Source: Octopus bimaculoides (taxonomy: Eukaryota). From it: DNA of 64,000 nt. The stretch is taken from positions 130,680,742 through 130,744,741 of the forward strand of contig NC_068983.1 of NCBI RefSeq assembly GCF_001194135.2, read 5' to 3'. The position numbers and the translations under genes are program-made. Of the stretch, positions 34,860 through 48,844 are shown one piece after another; position 1 is the stretch's first letter; each line of letters opens with the position of its first letter. The notes beneath the pieces were generated by a model. The model made no database searches. It was not told the DNA's origin and worked only from the letters and a program-made list of their open reading frames with translations.

Positions 34860-36690
34860 ATCCTAACATCAAGCTACACAAGTAACCTTAGATGCTAAGA
34901 ACCTTCCTAAGTGTCATAGATGTCCCTAATAACACTGTTCTTCTGCAGCTGTACTAAACTGAGTCCTATGCCCATTTCATTTATCCATCTGTTCAGATCT
35001 TTAGAGATTGCTCTCAATTCACCTGCTATTACTAGGATACATTTTACTCGCATTTTCCATAGTCTTTGTAACTCAGAAGCTAGGTCCTGGTTCTTTGCTA
35101 TTTTTTCCATTCTTCTTATGTTGTTGTTTTCATCATTTGGGACTGTAAAGTCAGTTACCTAGTACTTTCTATTCTCTTTATTTATTACTACCACATCAGA
35201 CCTTCTAGGCTGTATTACTCTGTCAGTCTGAATGTTAAAATCCCGCAACATCTTATATTTCTTAATTTCTCGTATTTTACTAGGTCCGTGTTCATACCAT
35301 CTATCAGAATGTTCAAATCCTAGCTTTCTACATAGCTCCTAGCGGATCACTCTCCTTAGATCGTCATGTCTTTTACAGTATTCTATCTGTGCCAGCATGC
35401 AACATTCACTTACTATGTAAGGCTTTCCTATTTTCATTTGCATAATTTACATTGGGAATCTACTTGGATTTGTCTAATTTGGCTTTTATCCAAAAAGTAC
35501 TTAATGATTGATCTTGTGCAGCTACTAACAGACGTTCTGTCTCCCTCTTCAGCTCTCTCTTCTGCAACCATAACCATGTCTAACTAATATTATTTGCTGA
35601 AACTTTCTTCGGAAATCTACCACGCAACGCCTTCTCCTTCCTGTCAGATATGTTCTGTTCCTTTTTCTGCTTTTTTACTTCGTTTGGTGTTTTGGTTTCT
35701 CTATGTCTTGCTGTGACTTTAGCAGCTTCTAATAAACTTTCTTCGTTATTACCTACACATCTACTCTATCTAACTCCACGCCGTCTTCCACTGGCATTAA
35801 TCTTTTTCGCCTTCCTTTTAAGATATAAGTTTACTACTTCTACGCTTGCATGGAGTTCTCCATTCACATTGAATTTCTTCCTAGTTCTTCTGCCTAGCTT
35901 TGCTAATTCAGTTTTTATCCAGTCTTCAAATTCTGCTGAGTATCTAAGCCATGATCCTGCATAAGTATTTACAGCCTTCACTAGATTCGGAACATTTAGT
36001 TTTGAATTCATTAGCTTCCTCACACTTCTGACGTACTCTTTCTCAATTTTCCATTTCATTTCTGTAGTTAGTATTCTGTCAGATTCTAATACTACTAGAT
36101 ACTTATAATTCTCTCCTCCTTTCAAAAATGTTAATGTCTGGCCATCTTGTAATTGGATGCTTTCACAGTTGACTACCTGTCCCCTTCTCATGACTAATAT
36201 TATACACGTATCTATGTCACATTCCATGTTCGTATCTTTGCTGAAGAGTTTTACAGTCTGTATTAAGGAATCTATCTCGTTTTCATTCTTAGTAAAAAGC
36301 TTCAGATCATCCATGTAGAGAAGGTTGTTAAGTTTTCCCTTACTGTTTCTGAACTGATGCTCTAATTTTGCCTTCCTTAATACTAAACGGAGGGGGATCA
36401 AACATAGAACAAATATTAAAGGGGACAACGAGTACCCCTGAAAAATTCCTCTTTTGATAATAACCTTCCCTAACAGCGTGTCACCTGAATATAGATCTAC
36501 TTTCCATTTCTTCATGCTAAAGCTATTTAATTCTCCTGTGTTGTCTTCTATACTGAATATGTTCCAATGTTCACTTATCCATGAATGTGGGATCATGACA
36601 TAGGCTTTCCTGTAATCTATCTATGCTATTGTTATATTTTTCTTTCTAGCTTTTACTTTATTAAAAACTACTTTGTCTATATTGTTGTTG
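34860..36690 (-). mobile_element. R4/Dong-like retrotransposon, 3' half (RT, CCHC region, restriction-like endonuclease)
   Basis: ORF 35766-36596 has PHSWI, GIFQG.SLSPL, LLYMDDLKLF and YKYL. Downstream RPD..TDFTVPND and LQRLWKM..LG..LQK are RLE motifs. Confidence 0.92.
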
Positions 36691-37224
36691 TTGTTGTTCC
36701 TTTGATAACTCTTTAGTTAACGATCACTGCCGGGTGTCAACGAAAGAAAGTAAAGCAGGTGTTCTCATGTGTCTGTGGAACAAATAAGATATAAAGTCAA
36801 TTTAGTTTCCGTACACAAAAACATAAACTTGCGCAAGGAATTAAATAGGATATATAACTGAGGCGAATTCATTAGCATTTATTCGGTATTGCTGTGATAA
36901 AACATTTACTTACAAAGTGAACCGTGCCGTTGAGATGTATATTTGAACTTCATAAATGTTTGCTTTACCAGGGTTGTCCTCTTCAAATTCCTTTACGACC
37001 TTGGAACATCAAGCGCGTCTAGCGTTCATTGAATCTTCAGTTGCCACATTCTGCTTATCTCGTTTTCTGGGTCTTTGTAATTCGCATATTTGTCATAATC
37101 TTTAAGAGATATACATATCTGATAGTTATAGTCATGGCAAAAATTAGGCATGTTTTATTCTATGAATCTTTAACGATAGTATCATGGCGAATGCATCAAC
37201 TCCAGAAGTTTATTTCGTTTTAAG

Positions 37225-37320
37225 CCTGGTGCCTATACTATCGAACTCTTTTGCCGAGCCGCTAAGTTGCAGGGACGTAAATGCACCAGCACTGGTTGTC
37301 ACGCGGTGATTGTGTCAGAC
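37225..37320 (-). mobile_element. SINE-like repeat, family D fragment
   Basis: Inverted match to 5325-5400. Confidence 0.55.
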
Positions 37321-37331
37321 ACAGACACACA

Positions 37332-37367
<36 letters not shown>

Positions 37368-38050
37368 NNNNNNNNNNNNNNNNNNNNNNNNNNNNNNNNN
37401 NNNNNNNNNNNNNNNNNNNNNNNNNNNNNNNNNNNNNNNNNNNNNNNNNNNNNNNNNNNNNNNNNNNNNNNNNNNNNNNNNNNNNNNNNNNNNNNNNNNN
37501 NNNNNNNNNNNNNNNNNNNNNNNNNNNNNNNNNNNNNNNNNNNNNNNNNNNNNNNNNNNNNNNNNNNNNNNNNNNNNNNNNNNNNNNNNNNNNNNNNNNN
37601 NNNNNNNNNNNNNNNNNNNNNNNNNNNNNNNNNNNNNNNNNNNNNNNNNNNNNNNNNNNNNNNNNNNNNNNNNNNNNNNNNNNNNNNNNNNNNNNNNNNN
37701 NNNNNNNNNNNNNNNNNNNNNNNNNNNNNNNNNNNNNNNNNNNNNNNNNNNNNNNNNNNNNNNNNNNNNNNNNNNNNNNNNNNNNNNNNNNNNNNNNNNN
37801 NNNNNNNNNNNNNNNNNNNNNNNNNNNNNNNNNNNNNNNNNNNNNNNNNNNNNNNNNNNNNNNNNNNNNNNNNNNNNNNNNNNNNNNNNNNNNNNNNNNN
37901 NNNNNNNNNNNNNNNNNNNNNNNNNNNNNNNNNNNNNNNNNNNNNNNNNNNNNNNNNNNNNNNNNNNNNNNNNNNNNNNNNNNNNNNNNNNNNNNNNNNN
38001 NNNNNNNNNNNNNNNNNNNNNNNNNNNNNNNNNNNNNNNNNNNNNNNNNN

Positions 38051-38403
38051 CAACAGGGTTCGCTGCCTTAACCACTGGGCCATTGCGCCTCCACTCATAC
38101 ATATATACATACATAGTACATACATACATTGTTGTTGGTACTCCGTCGCTTACGACGTCGAGGGTTCCAGTTGATCTGATTAACGTGCAAGTGGCTGAGC
38201 ACTCCACAGACACGTGCACCCTTAACGTAGTTCTCTGGGATATTCAGCGTGACACAGTGTGACAAGGCTGACCCTTTGAATTACAGGCACAAAAGAAACA
38301 GGAAGTAAGAGTGAGAGAAAGTTGTGGTGAAAGAGTACAACAGGGTTCGCTGCCTTAACCACTGGGCCATTGCGCCTCCACTCATACATATATACATACA
38401 TAC
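38051..38403 (-). mobile_element. Tandemly repeated family C-related SINE (period about 287 bp)
   Basis: An identical stretch of about 65 nt occurs at 38051 and 38338. Minus-strand head ggcgcaatggcccagtggttaagg; tail shared with 815-940. Confidence 0.75.
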
Positions 38404-38469
38404 ATGCAATCATACATACGACGCTTTGCCTCCAGGTTTAGTCTACAAAATTCGCTCACAAATCTTTTG

Positions 38470-38580
38470 TCACCCGGAATCTATCTTAGAAATCACTCAC
38501 CAAAGGCGCAATGTAGTAACATTGACTCTGAACCATGTGGTTGGCAAGCCATTTTCTCACAATCCAAGCACGCCTGCGCC
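38470..38580 (-). mobile_element. SINE family B 5' fragment
   Basis: gaaccatgtggttgg matches the family B head. Confidence 0.55.
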
Positions 38581-38599
38581 TATGTATAGTACGCTTATA

Positions 38600-39600
38600 T
38601 TTCCTATCTCATAGGCCCTTGTGCTTTCATTTGTATGCTTTGTTTTGGGGTCTCTTTTATGATATTGAGACTTATTTCATCTGTCATTTTGTTTTTATAG
38701 AATTGTCGTTCTTTTCAAAAGCTAAAAATCAACGAATAATTGCCTTATTAGATGTTGAATTTCTCTTTCAATTCTGATTTTCCATTTTCGTTGGTTGTTG
38801 GCATGTTTGTTTTCTCTTTAGGCTAATTTATTCATTGAACTAATTTGCCGTTCAGCGTACAAGATTATTGAAGCATATTAAATAATTTCCATCCGCTCTC
38901 AGCATTTCTTTCGACACGGCATTATATATACACTTTAATCTTTTATGCGTTTTTATTATTGCTTCGGAATTTTAGCAGCTGTTCTCTGTTCTTCATTTCA
39001 GCGTATAGGGTTTTAATTTAATTTTATAACGGTATCTCCCTTAACTGTGGTGATTTCCTCCATACGTTCTTCAAAAGTAAAATATGATGTTTTATTATCT
39101 TCATTTGATGGAAAGTAAACGTCATTATCTTTTGTGCGTTCTTAGTTTCTGATCTTATTTACTCGCTCATATGTTTCATTTGCATTGATGCTAGGCATGG
39201 ATTCTAGAGGTATTCTAAAATTGTTTCAATTAGTAAGACTTTCTCATGCACTTTGGCAGTTTGCACCCTTATTAAATCTAGTTCTGCTTCTGTTACTGTT
39301 TCCTTTTTGTATATCCTTTTTGCATTATTTATTGGCATTTATATTTGGTCATGATTTTTGCTATTATCATTTCGATTTCGAGTTTCTCTGTTCAGGGGTA
39401 CTACATGGTCGTCTATTCAACATTTTCATTGTTACCTTATTATTTTCTCGCGTCTAATGTTGCCTGATATTTTGATTTCTGGTACTATTTTGTGTTTAGT
39501 ATCCAATAGCTAAACGCTGGAATTTTCCATCCAGAAATTCATAGTTTGCTGTCCAACTCTGAGGAACCATTGAGGGACGCATAACTTGCAAATAGGGCAA
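38600..39600 (-). mobile_element. R4/Dong-like retrotransposon, decayed N-terminal region
   Basis: Minus frame KWKIRIEREIQHL and a following K-rich segment correspond to the WK.RL..KI..L motif seen at 60700-60760. Confidence 0.55.
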
Positions 39601-39961
39601 CGGACAAGGTGCTACGAACAGGGAGATTTTTACATTGCTAAAATATATACTTGCTGGAATGGGAAATTGTTTGTCTTAACACACTAGGGGTTTGATTAAA
39701 GAATCTTTCAGACGTCTGTCTGCCCTCATCTAGGGTGGTTATCTCGCGCTTGGGTCACACCAGTATATTAAACTTCGTAGCTAAAAGAGAAAATTGAAGT
39801 AAGACAGATTAATATTTGTAGCTTTGTACATTGTCATGTTTGCTTGAAGAGCATAGAAGGGATCTTCTAAGAAAATTTCCCACGTCAAAACACCAACATA
39901 TTATTTTATGTCTTAGGTTTCTTGACACGTCAGGGCGGGGCGTTTTATTCATATCAACATT

Positions 39962-40014
<53 letters not shown>

Positions 40015-40096
40015 TATTGTTATTATTATTAAAAACATCAACAATAACAAGAACAACAATACTAATAATAATAACAATAATATCATTATTATTATT

Positions 40097-40295
40097 AAGG
40101 TAGTGAGCTGGCAGAATCGTTAGTGCGCCGGAAAAAGTGCTTTGCGACATTTTCACTTGTCTTTACGTCTTGGGTACAAATTCCGCCGACGTCCTTTTGG
40201 AGTCGATATATTAAGTGCCACTCAAGTACTTGGATCGATGTGATCTATTATTCCTCTCCTCACAAATTCTAGGCATTTTGCCTACTCTAGAAATG
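40097..40295 (+). mobile_element. tRNA-derived SINE family A
   Basis: aaggtagtgagctggcagaatcgttag head, inserted in (ATT)n. Confidence 0.8.
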
Positions 40296-41406
40296 ATTAT
40301 CATTTTGGTTGTTACCATTAGAAAATAACAACAATTACAATATTATTGTTGTAACAACAGCAATATTATTATTGTTATAGTTATAATTATTATTGACTTT
40401 GGTAAATTGGAAACATCATTTGTGCTTCTCCTTTCAGACATGTATCTCATAATATAGTTGTCTTCCAATGAACCAATGATACACAACAATCACAATACAA
40501 GGCATTAGACACGATGTTGTCCCACGAAATAAGTGGCGCGGTAAGGAAATGTAAGCTGTTGTCTTGAGGAATCAAAATGGATCTGGAAGTCTCAATGAGC
40601 CACAAAAGCCAGAGAGCGATGGAAGAACTGTGCTTAGTACAATGCATCGAGACAAATGCATTGATATAGATGATACCTTGAGGAAAATTTACGTCTGACC
40701 AAGACACACCACAAAATCGAATTCCATGTTTCGAAGAAGTGGAAAAATGAAATAAAAATTAAGGTAAGTGTAAATTTTGAACTGCAACATTAACAAGAAA
40801 ATGAATAAACAAGCGGGAGTTTTTATAGCACGAAAAATTAGTGGAGCAAAAGAATTTTTTTTTTAGAAACAACATCCTATACAGATTACAAAGCAACATC
40901 ACAAAATCTGTAGTATCAGTTTCAAAAACATGCAATTGGAAAAAGAAAAGAAAAGAGCCGATAAAAAACTTCATACGAAACAAAGAAATCAAGTGAGGTG
41001 AGCCATTTCTTCTAAACAACAATACAATCCTCTCTGAAGAAAATAGCAAAGATACAGAGAAAAGAGATGAATCAAAATTCACCGGACATTGAAAATTCAA
41101 ACAACTATTTCGTGAAATATATTATATGCTTGTAGTACCACGGATCATCCACCAAAACATTAAAAAAAATTATACACAGGCACTTAGTTTTTGATGTATA
41201 GCTTGTAACAAAAAAAAAAGAACTTTATTTCAAAATTAAATAAGAATAATCGAATTTAAATCTTGTTGACGTCAGCTTTGCCTTTTAATTGCTTTAGAAT
41301 TGAGAAAATAAAGAACCAGTAAATCGGGGTCAATGTAACTAATTTAACCAATGCCGTCAACGTTGCTGGCCTTGTGCTATAATTTAAAAGAATCTTTCAT
41401 CTTCTT

Positions 41407-41496
<90 letters not shown>

Positions 41497-41519
41497 TGGT
41501 TTGACTCAGGGTCGGTTTT

Positions 41520-41900
41520 ATTCCTGGAATGAAATTTATGTGGGTAGTTGGTTACTACCATTCACCTTCGGTATCCACAACTTTTCGATAGTCTTTCAAA
41601 TGCTTCGAAATCCCCTGCTCATCTTTGCTCTCCCAAAGACACAAACTTTCTGTAGAAGGTCTGCAGAGCGTTGTATTCCAATCTCCTCCATCCATTTATC
41701 TATGTACTTGCTTACTGTTCCCAATTCATCAATTATTAGAAGCACGACCTTTACATTTCTCATATTCAAAATTCTTCCTATTTCAAACTTTAAGGGATTT
41801 TATGTTTATGCTTTTCGTCCTCTTGCTTTTCTATCCTCGAATCAAACGAGCATGATGGGTTGATTAGCAAGCAATCGATCCATCATGAGGGGTTGATTTA
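41520..41900 (-). mobile_element. R4/Dong-like 3' end fragment (RLE C-terminus and UTR)
   Basis: Colinear with 57910-58280; tail runs into (ATT)n-(CTT)n at 41400-41495. Confidence 0.7.
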
Positions 41901-42471
41901 TTGTTATTATTGAGTGGTAGAGCAATGCATACCATCAAAGTGACACTGGAGTAAAATATATGAAACCCAGTTTATCCATCATGACTACCCGTCTAATAAA
42001 AGTACATCAGGCACATGCGTCACAACCACCTGCGCGCAACATGCCGATCTCATATCAAGATAAACAGCGTATGACCTTGCAGGTGGGGCCCAGTTAGAAC
42101 CTTCTTCAGGTCGAGTAGTCCAACTTTCTCAAAAGGTCCCTGAATAGGATTCATTTAAGGATGATGAATGAAACACCCATATTTTCGGAGATGAATTATT
42201 CAAGACTCAAAGAATTCCTCTCAACACTTGGCTATGATACACCCCCATTACGTCTACTCTTGGTCAGAGATGCACATATCAGCCACTAAGAGATATGTTC
42301 AATTGGTTAAGGTCAAACAACTGACAAGCACATCTGTGGTATTTGCTGCAGCTTATCTTTTGTACAAAGACAAAACATGTACATGATAACACTTCCAATC
42401 AGTTAAGGTCAGAAGGCATGACAGCCATTGCCTTGTACTGGCTGCCATTATTATTATTATTATTATTATTA

Positions 42472-42526
<55 letters not shown>

Positions 42527-42536
42527 CATTATTATT

Positions 42537-43195
42537 GAGGCATTGAGCTAGCAGAATATTTAGCTTGCAATAAAAGACGCTTAGCAGTATTTGGTCTTTC
42601 GGAGTTGAAATTCCAACGTGATTGATGTTGCCTTTTATATTATCTATGTCGAAGAAATAATTACCAGTCAAATAATGGTGCCGATCAAATCGACTGGCTC
42701 ACTCCCACACTTTCAGGCCTTGTGTCAATAATAGAAATGATTATCGTTATTGTTGCCATCATTAATAAAGCTGAGAAATGACACGCCGGGCAAAATTCTT
42801 TGGTCCTTTTGAGTTCAAATTCCACCGATGTCGACTTTGACTTTCATACTTTCGGGTCGCTGTAATCGCCTAGACCCCCTCCCACAAAATGTCATGCTTT
42901 ACGCCTATAGAACTAAGGACTACTACTACTACTACTACTACTGATGCTGTTGCTGCTACTTCCATCAGCACTGCTGCTGCTGCAGACACTACTAATACAA
43001 CTACTGCTACTTCTATTATTATTACTGCTGCTTTACGGAATTTGATCTGATTCAAGGATCTGAGTTCCATTCCATCAAATTAAAATTATTTACGTTTCAT
43101 TCTTTCAATGTCGAAAAATAATTACCTGTCAATTACTGGAGTTAAAAAGAAATGGACTACTTCCTACCGCCAGGTCTTGAGACTTGTGCCTAAAA
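42537..43195 (+). mobile_element. Three consecutive family A SINEs (42537-42740, 42766-42917, about 43060-43195)
   Basis: Repeated gagttcaaatt/gagttgaaatt, gactttg and ggccttgtg motifs, separated by triplet microsatellites. Confidence 0.7.
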
Positions 43196-44929
43196 ACAAT
43201 TATTATTTCGGGAGAGGAATTTAAAACTCATAATTTTCTACTGAAAAATAACTTCATATATATAGTTCCTTTATGTTTTCTCTTCAAATGTAGCTGTAAC
43301 AGATTTCGTTATATAATAGATTTCAGTGTTGGATAAATTAAATAATCACACCGGCGTCAATGTAATCGAATCATTCTGAACATTAAAAGTTTCGAATTTT
43401 TCCCACAACATGTACAAGATTCCAGTTTTGTCAAACTTCCCTGTGTACGATCGACTTTGCCATACATGAATCTCTCGGGCTGTAGTTCATGGGTTGTTCT
43501 TTTGTTAGAATGACATAACCCTTCCTTGCATACTAGAGTTTTTATAGGTTGCTTGAGCAACAGTAGGTGCTCCCTTGCCTTTTCACTTTCTTTAGCAGGG
43601 ACTTGGAAACATAAAAATAGCTGTTGCTATAATATATATTTTCCTTTTCTTTACCCTTACAATCAAATCTATTCATAAATGATTCATATATTTTCAGTTT
43701 GCACTTAGAAATCTCGCATCATTAAATGCTGCAAGCTTTTCACCTGTTTTGAATCCTAACTTTCAAATAATCTCGCAGTGAATCAGTTACTATATTCTAT
43801 TATATATTTTTTTAATTTTTCTTTCCTGTTGTTATATTCATACACTCAATGTTATAAATTGTTGTAAAATCTGACGCTCTCCTTAATACACATTAATTCG
43901 ATTAGTCTGTATTTCATCGTTCATGAAAAATACTTTTGTGTCTTCGCCCCAAGTTAACTCTTATTGATCGAACTCTCATCAAATTCCTACGAGTGAAGAC
44001 CATCCTAACTTTATTTTTCATATAGAAGAGAATGTAGAAATGACTACATTATTCGATGTAACACATTCAAGGTAAGAATCGAAGGATATTTGATAGTTAT
44101 ATCTAGCAAATCGAGTAACCACATCACAACTCCTTCCTTATTTCAGTCAGTTACATTAGTTGAGGCAATCGATTCATTACTGTTGAGGCAAATGAGAATA
44201 TTCATTTAAATGGGTATAGACTTGAAGTAGAAGACAATATAACACCGTTAGTGTTAACTCTTCTTTCTTGGTATTACAAACACTTGCATGATTTAGTGAG
44301 GTATATTTGCTCATTTGTGGTCACTAATATAATTCTGGTTTCTTCTACATTATTTTCTGTTACTCATAGATTTTTTGTGGAGATAACTTCTCATCAATCT
44401 GTGTAATCTGTGTGTTTGTTCTTCAAGTCTCTTTTGTTGTTTGGGGTATTGTCATGCCTACAATGTTGCTGCGGATGAGTATTTAATCAAATTTCTCAAT
44501 GCAAACTTAACCAATTTTTCACGCCGATTAGTGTGCAGTTTTCTCTCTTCCTTCCCTCTGTCTTTTATGTTTTACTGTAATGCGTGATGTGACCTTGTGA
44601 TTCAGGTATTTGGTTCATGACTGTCAGTTATATGCGGATTTCTGAACTGTGTGAGGTATCGTGTGTCTGTACCAGGCACATCATTTTCTGTTAATTCAGA
44701 CCATCAAACTAAAGATGCACAGAGCCACTTGCAGCAACGTTAGCTGCAGATAAACTATGTTAGGGATGATGGACTGATATATTATACCTGAATTGGCTGC
44801 AGGGTTAGAAATAGCGATACACCGACGCCCTTTTTATTGTTATATAACATTACCACGAGTTTGGGTGGCCCAGCAGTTCTCTATCTGAAGAATGATTGTT
44901 TTTAGCGATTGTTATTGTGTTTTGCACAA

Positions 44930-45000
44930 GAACACAATGCGTTAGCATCATAAACTTACGATTATGATGCTGACACCTTAGCCACTAATCAGCCACGCGA
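44930..45000 (-). mobile_element. SINE family C head fragment
   Basis: Reverse complement gcgtggctgattagtggctaagg resembles 677-720. Confidence 0.5.
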
Positions 45001-45015
45001 CTTCACACATACACA

Positions 45016-45057
<42 letters not shown>

Positions 45058-45129
45058 CATACATACATACAAATATACATACATAAATANNNNNNNNNNN
45101 NNNNNNNNNNNNNNNNNNNNNNNNNNNNN

Positions 45130-45190
<61 letters not shown>

Positions 45191-45199
45191 CATACATGA

Positions 45200-45338
45200 T
45201 TACCAAATCCAATAAAAAAGCTTTGGTCAGCCCGAGTCTATAGTGGAAATACTTGCCCAAGGTACCAAACAGTGGGACTGAACCCGGAACCATGTAGTTG
45301 GTAAGCAAGCTACTTACCACACAGCCACTCCTGCGCCT
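45200..45338 (-). mobile_element. tRNA-derived SINE family B
   Basis: Reverse complement gtggctgtgtggtaag..atggttccgggttcagtcccac..ccttgggcaagt. Confidence 0.8.
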
Positions 45339-45448
45339 GTACGTTTGTCAGAAAATAACCATGGGACTCGAACACACATCCCACAGAACTCCGGCTGAGT
45401 GCTTCACCATTAAGCTAAACTGCTTATATGTATGTATGTGTGTGTGTG

Positions 45449-45480
<32 letters not shown>

Positions 45481-46772
45481 AATGTGTGTATGCTTTATAA
45501 GGTAGATTGGATTTGGGACTCGTTTAGAGCATGATAGAGCTTAAAATAAGTTATCGAGGTAGCTAAGCCAAAAGATAGAATTTGCCAGTCAGTCAGCAGA
45601 TGAGATTGCCTTTTAGCAGACATATTTTCTCGTAGCTTGTCGTCTTGACGAAGCTGCAATTCTACCTCATGAATGTCGCCGTCTGTTTGAATTCATCTGA
45701 TAGTCATGCAATATATCCAATGGAATGACATCACTCAGTGGCGGCCATAAATGACTATGTACTTTAAACGTATCGTGGAAGAATCTTTAGCTCAACCATT
45801 ATGAAAACTTCCAATAATTTTCACCTGTTGTTACTAACATGAAAAAAGGCATTCGAAAGACTAATTCGAAAGAATCTTTGCATGCTTAACATTTAATTGA
45901 AACGGGCCTGTTTCAGATGATTCTAGTGCAAAGAACCCGCTCTGAATACGAATGTTCAATTTTTCAATGTCTATGTATTGATGGGTTGCAGAAATATATC
46001 GAACGCATACCGTGCCGTCTCAGACAGATCAATCCACCGGCTGATTCGACTTGGATGATTTAACTCCAACCATGATATCGTTTGTAGCTGAGGTGGGAAA
46101 ATTGACAGACGGACAGAGAGAAGGAGAACTGGAGAGAAATGTGATGGCGAAGAGGAAGGGAATGAGGAGAGGATGGACATGTTGCGTAGGATATTAAGGT
46201 GGAAGGACATTAAAGTGGGGAGACAAGGACGTTTAGATGGAATTTGTGCTTCGTGGCTCTTTCTAAATGGATCGTCTAATTTAATTTCCTGTTATAAGAC
46301 AGTTCTTTTCATATTCTATATAAACCGTTAACTTTTATGAAATTTAATTTCATAAAATAAGTTTCAAAAACGTTGAGGTTTTTATTTTCAAAAACGCCTC
46401 CTCTCCATTGCCAAAATACTGATTATTATTATTATTGTTATTATGATCCTTATTTCTAGTTTTAGAAATATTAATGAATGACTTTTAAAAAGAAAACAGT
46501 AGATAAATCTCAGAAAAATGCTCTAATAGTATTTTGTATTTTTATAATCAAGAACGTGTATACATTTATCATTATACATAATCTACAACAGCATTCATGC
46601 GAATATTGCATATTATTCCAGTTCTAGTTATGACAAATTATAAATTTTGTTATTTGTATTATGAGCAACAAGCAGTCGTTAAAACAATTTATGATGCATT
46701 TATATTTGTGCGTGCGTGTGTGTTTGTATATGTGTGTGTCTGTGTTTGTGTGTACATACATATACACACATA

Positions 46773-46838
<66 letters not shown>

Positions 46839-46879
46839 CATCATCACCATTATCATTATCAATATTATATGAAAACTCA

Positions 46880-47540
46880 CAGCTTATTTTGCTGGGTATC
46901 ATGGAAAGTGTCAGCTGTCTACAGCCAGCAGACTAAAGTGATACTTGTTTGCTGGTTGTGCTTCAAGAACCTGTGAAGAATTCTTGCAGTTCCAAGCAAT
47001 GCTGATTTTTGTAGATTTTCTACCTTCACACTTGCATCAATCTTTTTCAGCCATGTTGGTAGTTGAGTGCTGAAACTTCCAAGAGTATCAATTACTATTG
47101 GCATCACCCCTATTCTCTTCATTGACCACAACCATTGTATTTCCCACTTCAAATCGTTATAGTTGTTTATTTTTATTTTTATTTTATATTAATTGTGTTG
47201 TCACCGGGGCATGTTATGTCGATTATCATATATGCTCTTTCTTTTTTTATTCACTGCAATAACGTCCGATTTCCGATGTCAGCTCGGGTGATCGCACTGG
47301 ATCATTGCATCCCACAGGATTTTGCAATTCTCATTTTCAGTGATGCCTTCTGGGGTTTTTTCATACCACGGCTTTGCCCTTTGTAGGCCGTGATCACCAC
47401 ATTCTCCCAAAGGATCAGTTTTGCCACATTGTCATGGCGTCTTTTGTGTTCGCGTTCTGCCAACTTAGGCCATTCGCTAACGACGTGCCATACCGTTTCA
47501 CCCCTCTCATCGCACATTCTGCATTTGTCGCTATCGGTAG
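46880..47540 (-). mobile_element. R4/Dong-like 3' fragment (CCHC knuckle and RLE)
   Basis: CRMCDERGETVWHVVSE.PKLAEREHKRRHDNVA and VMPIVIDTLG..LQKSALLGTARIL; both ends in triplet microsatellites. Confidence 0.88.
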
Positions 47541-48844
47541 TGTTATTATCGTTATTATTATTATTATCATCATCATCATCATTACTATTATTTTTACCAT
47601 TAACAACAGATACGCACAATTGTTAAAACGTTGGAAATATTCTGACTCTTTGTTTGTGATCAAAAATTTCGATGATGTTAAATTTATTTTTCGATCTTTC
47701 AGAGTCGATAACATAAAGTTGTAGTAGAAGTTCGAGGAGAATGCTTTCACTTTTTCAGAAATTCCAAGTTTCGTGTCTATGCTAAATATGTGTACTCCAC
47801 ACTAATATATTCGAACTACTAATCTTTTCCTTTTTGATAAAGTCACACTTCGTCTACTGTACTCCACAAACTTCTCTTGGTGTCTGTCGTATTCGGTAAT
47901 GTTTATAGACTTTGCAAACAGACCACTAATGAAATTCGCGGGCTAAAACTCATTCCAATGTCCATATTGGGGATCTTCTCCTTTATAATTCTTCAAGTAT
48001 TAGTGACACAGCTAGTTCGTCATGCATCAACCAGAATATATATAGCTTGGCTTACACTGATTGCACTTGTAGCTCATATCCAACGTACAACGTTTACCAT
48101 TTAACCAACACTATTATTCGCTAGCACATTTTCCCGTAGTAGAACTCAATAATTTTACACCTAACAATTTTTGTGTGGCCGTATTTTTTTTTTTTTTTTC
48201 TTAATTGAAATCTCGCATATTCTGAACAACTCTAATATTAAGATCACTGAAGGGATTATCAAAGACCAACATATACATTCATTAATAAAGTCGTCTTTTT
48301 CTCCAGTGATGTCTTATGTTTAATATTTTTGATAGTTTAAAATACATATTCCTCTTCTCCACAAACAATATGCATTGCTGATTTTTCAGCCTACCTCACA
48401 GATTACGCCTTTGCTATATCCCTTCAGCCCTAAATTTTGGATGTTACTTTTTCCTGATATATTCATCATATCGAAGCTTTCAGTTAAGAATGTTAAACTA
48501 ACAAATATATGATCATAAACGTATAAGGTTTAAAACTTCTAATTTCCCCTAAATACTACCCAACGAAACAGTGAGATAGTGAATATGAATCAGTTATTCA
48601 ATAACAAATGTACGTGTAGTAGTTTGGCTAGTTAGTGTGAGTTCAAACGCTGGGTTAGTCAAACTATTCAGAGGAGTACATATATACACACAAATGCATG
48701 TTACGTTGTTGAGCTTCAATGATATAACAACAAGCAAATAACTAGCTGAAAACAGTATTTCGTAAATGTTCTCTTTACATATATACAAACGCATACCGCT
48801 CTCCTTTACATGAGTCTGCGTTATCTTCAAACTGGATGCGAAAT

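Noticed and set aside
43380-43560. Lectin- or LRR-like peptide fragments
   Set aside because: Different frames suggest different domains, which indicates over-reading of noise.
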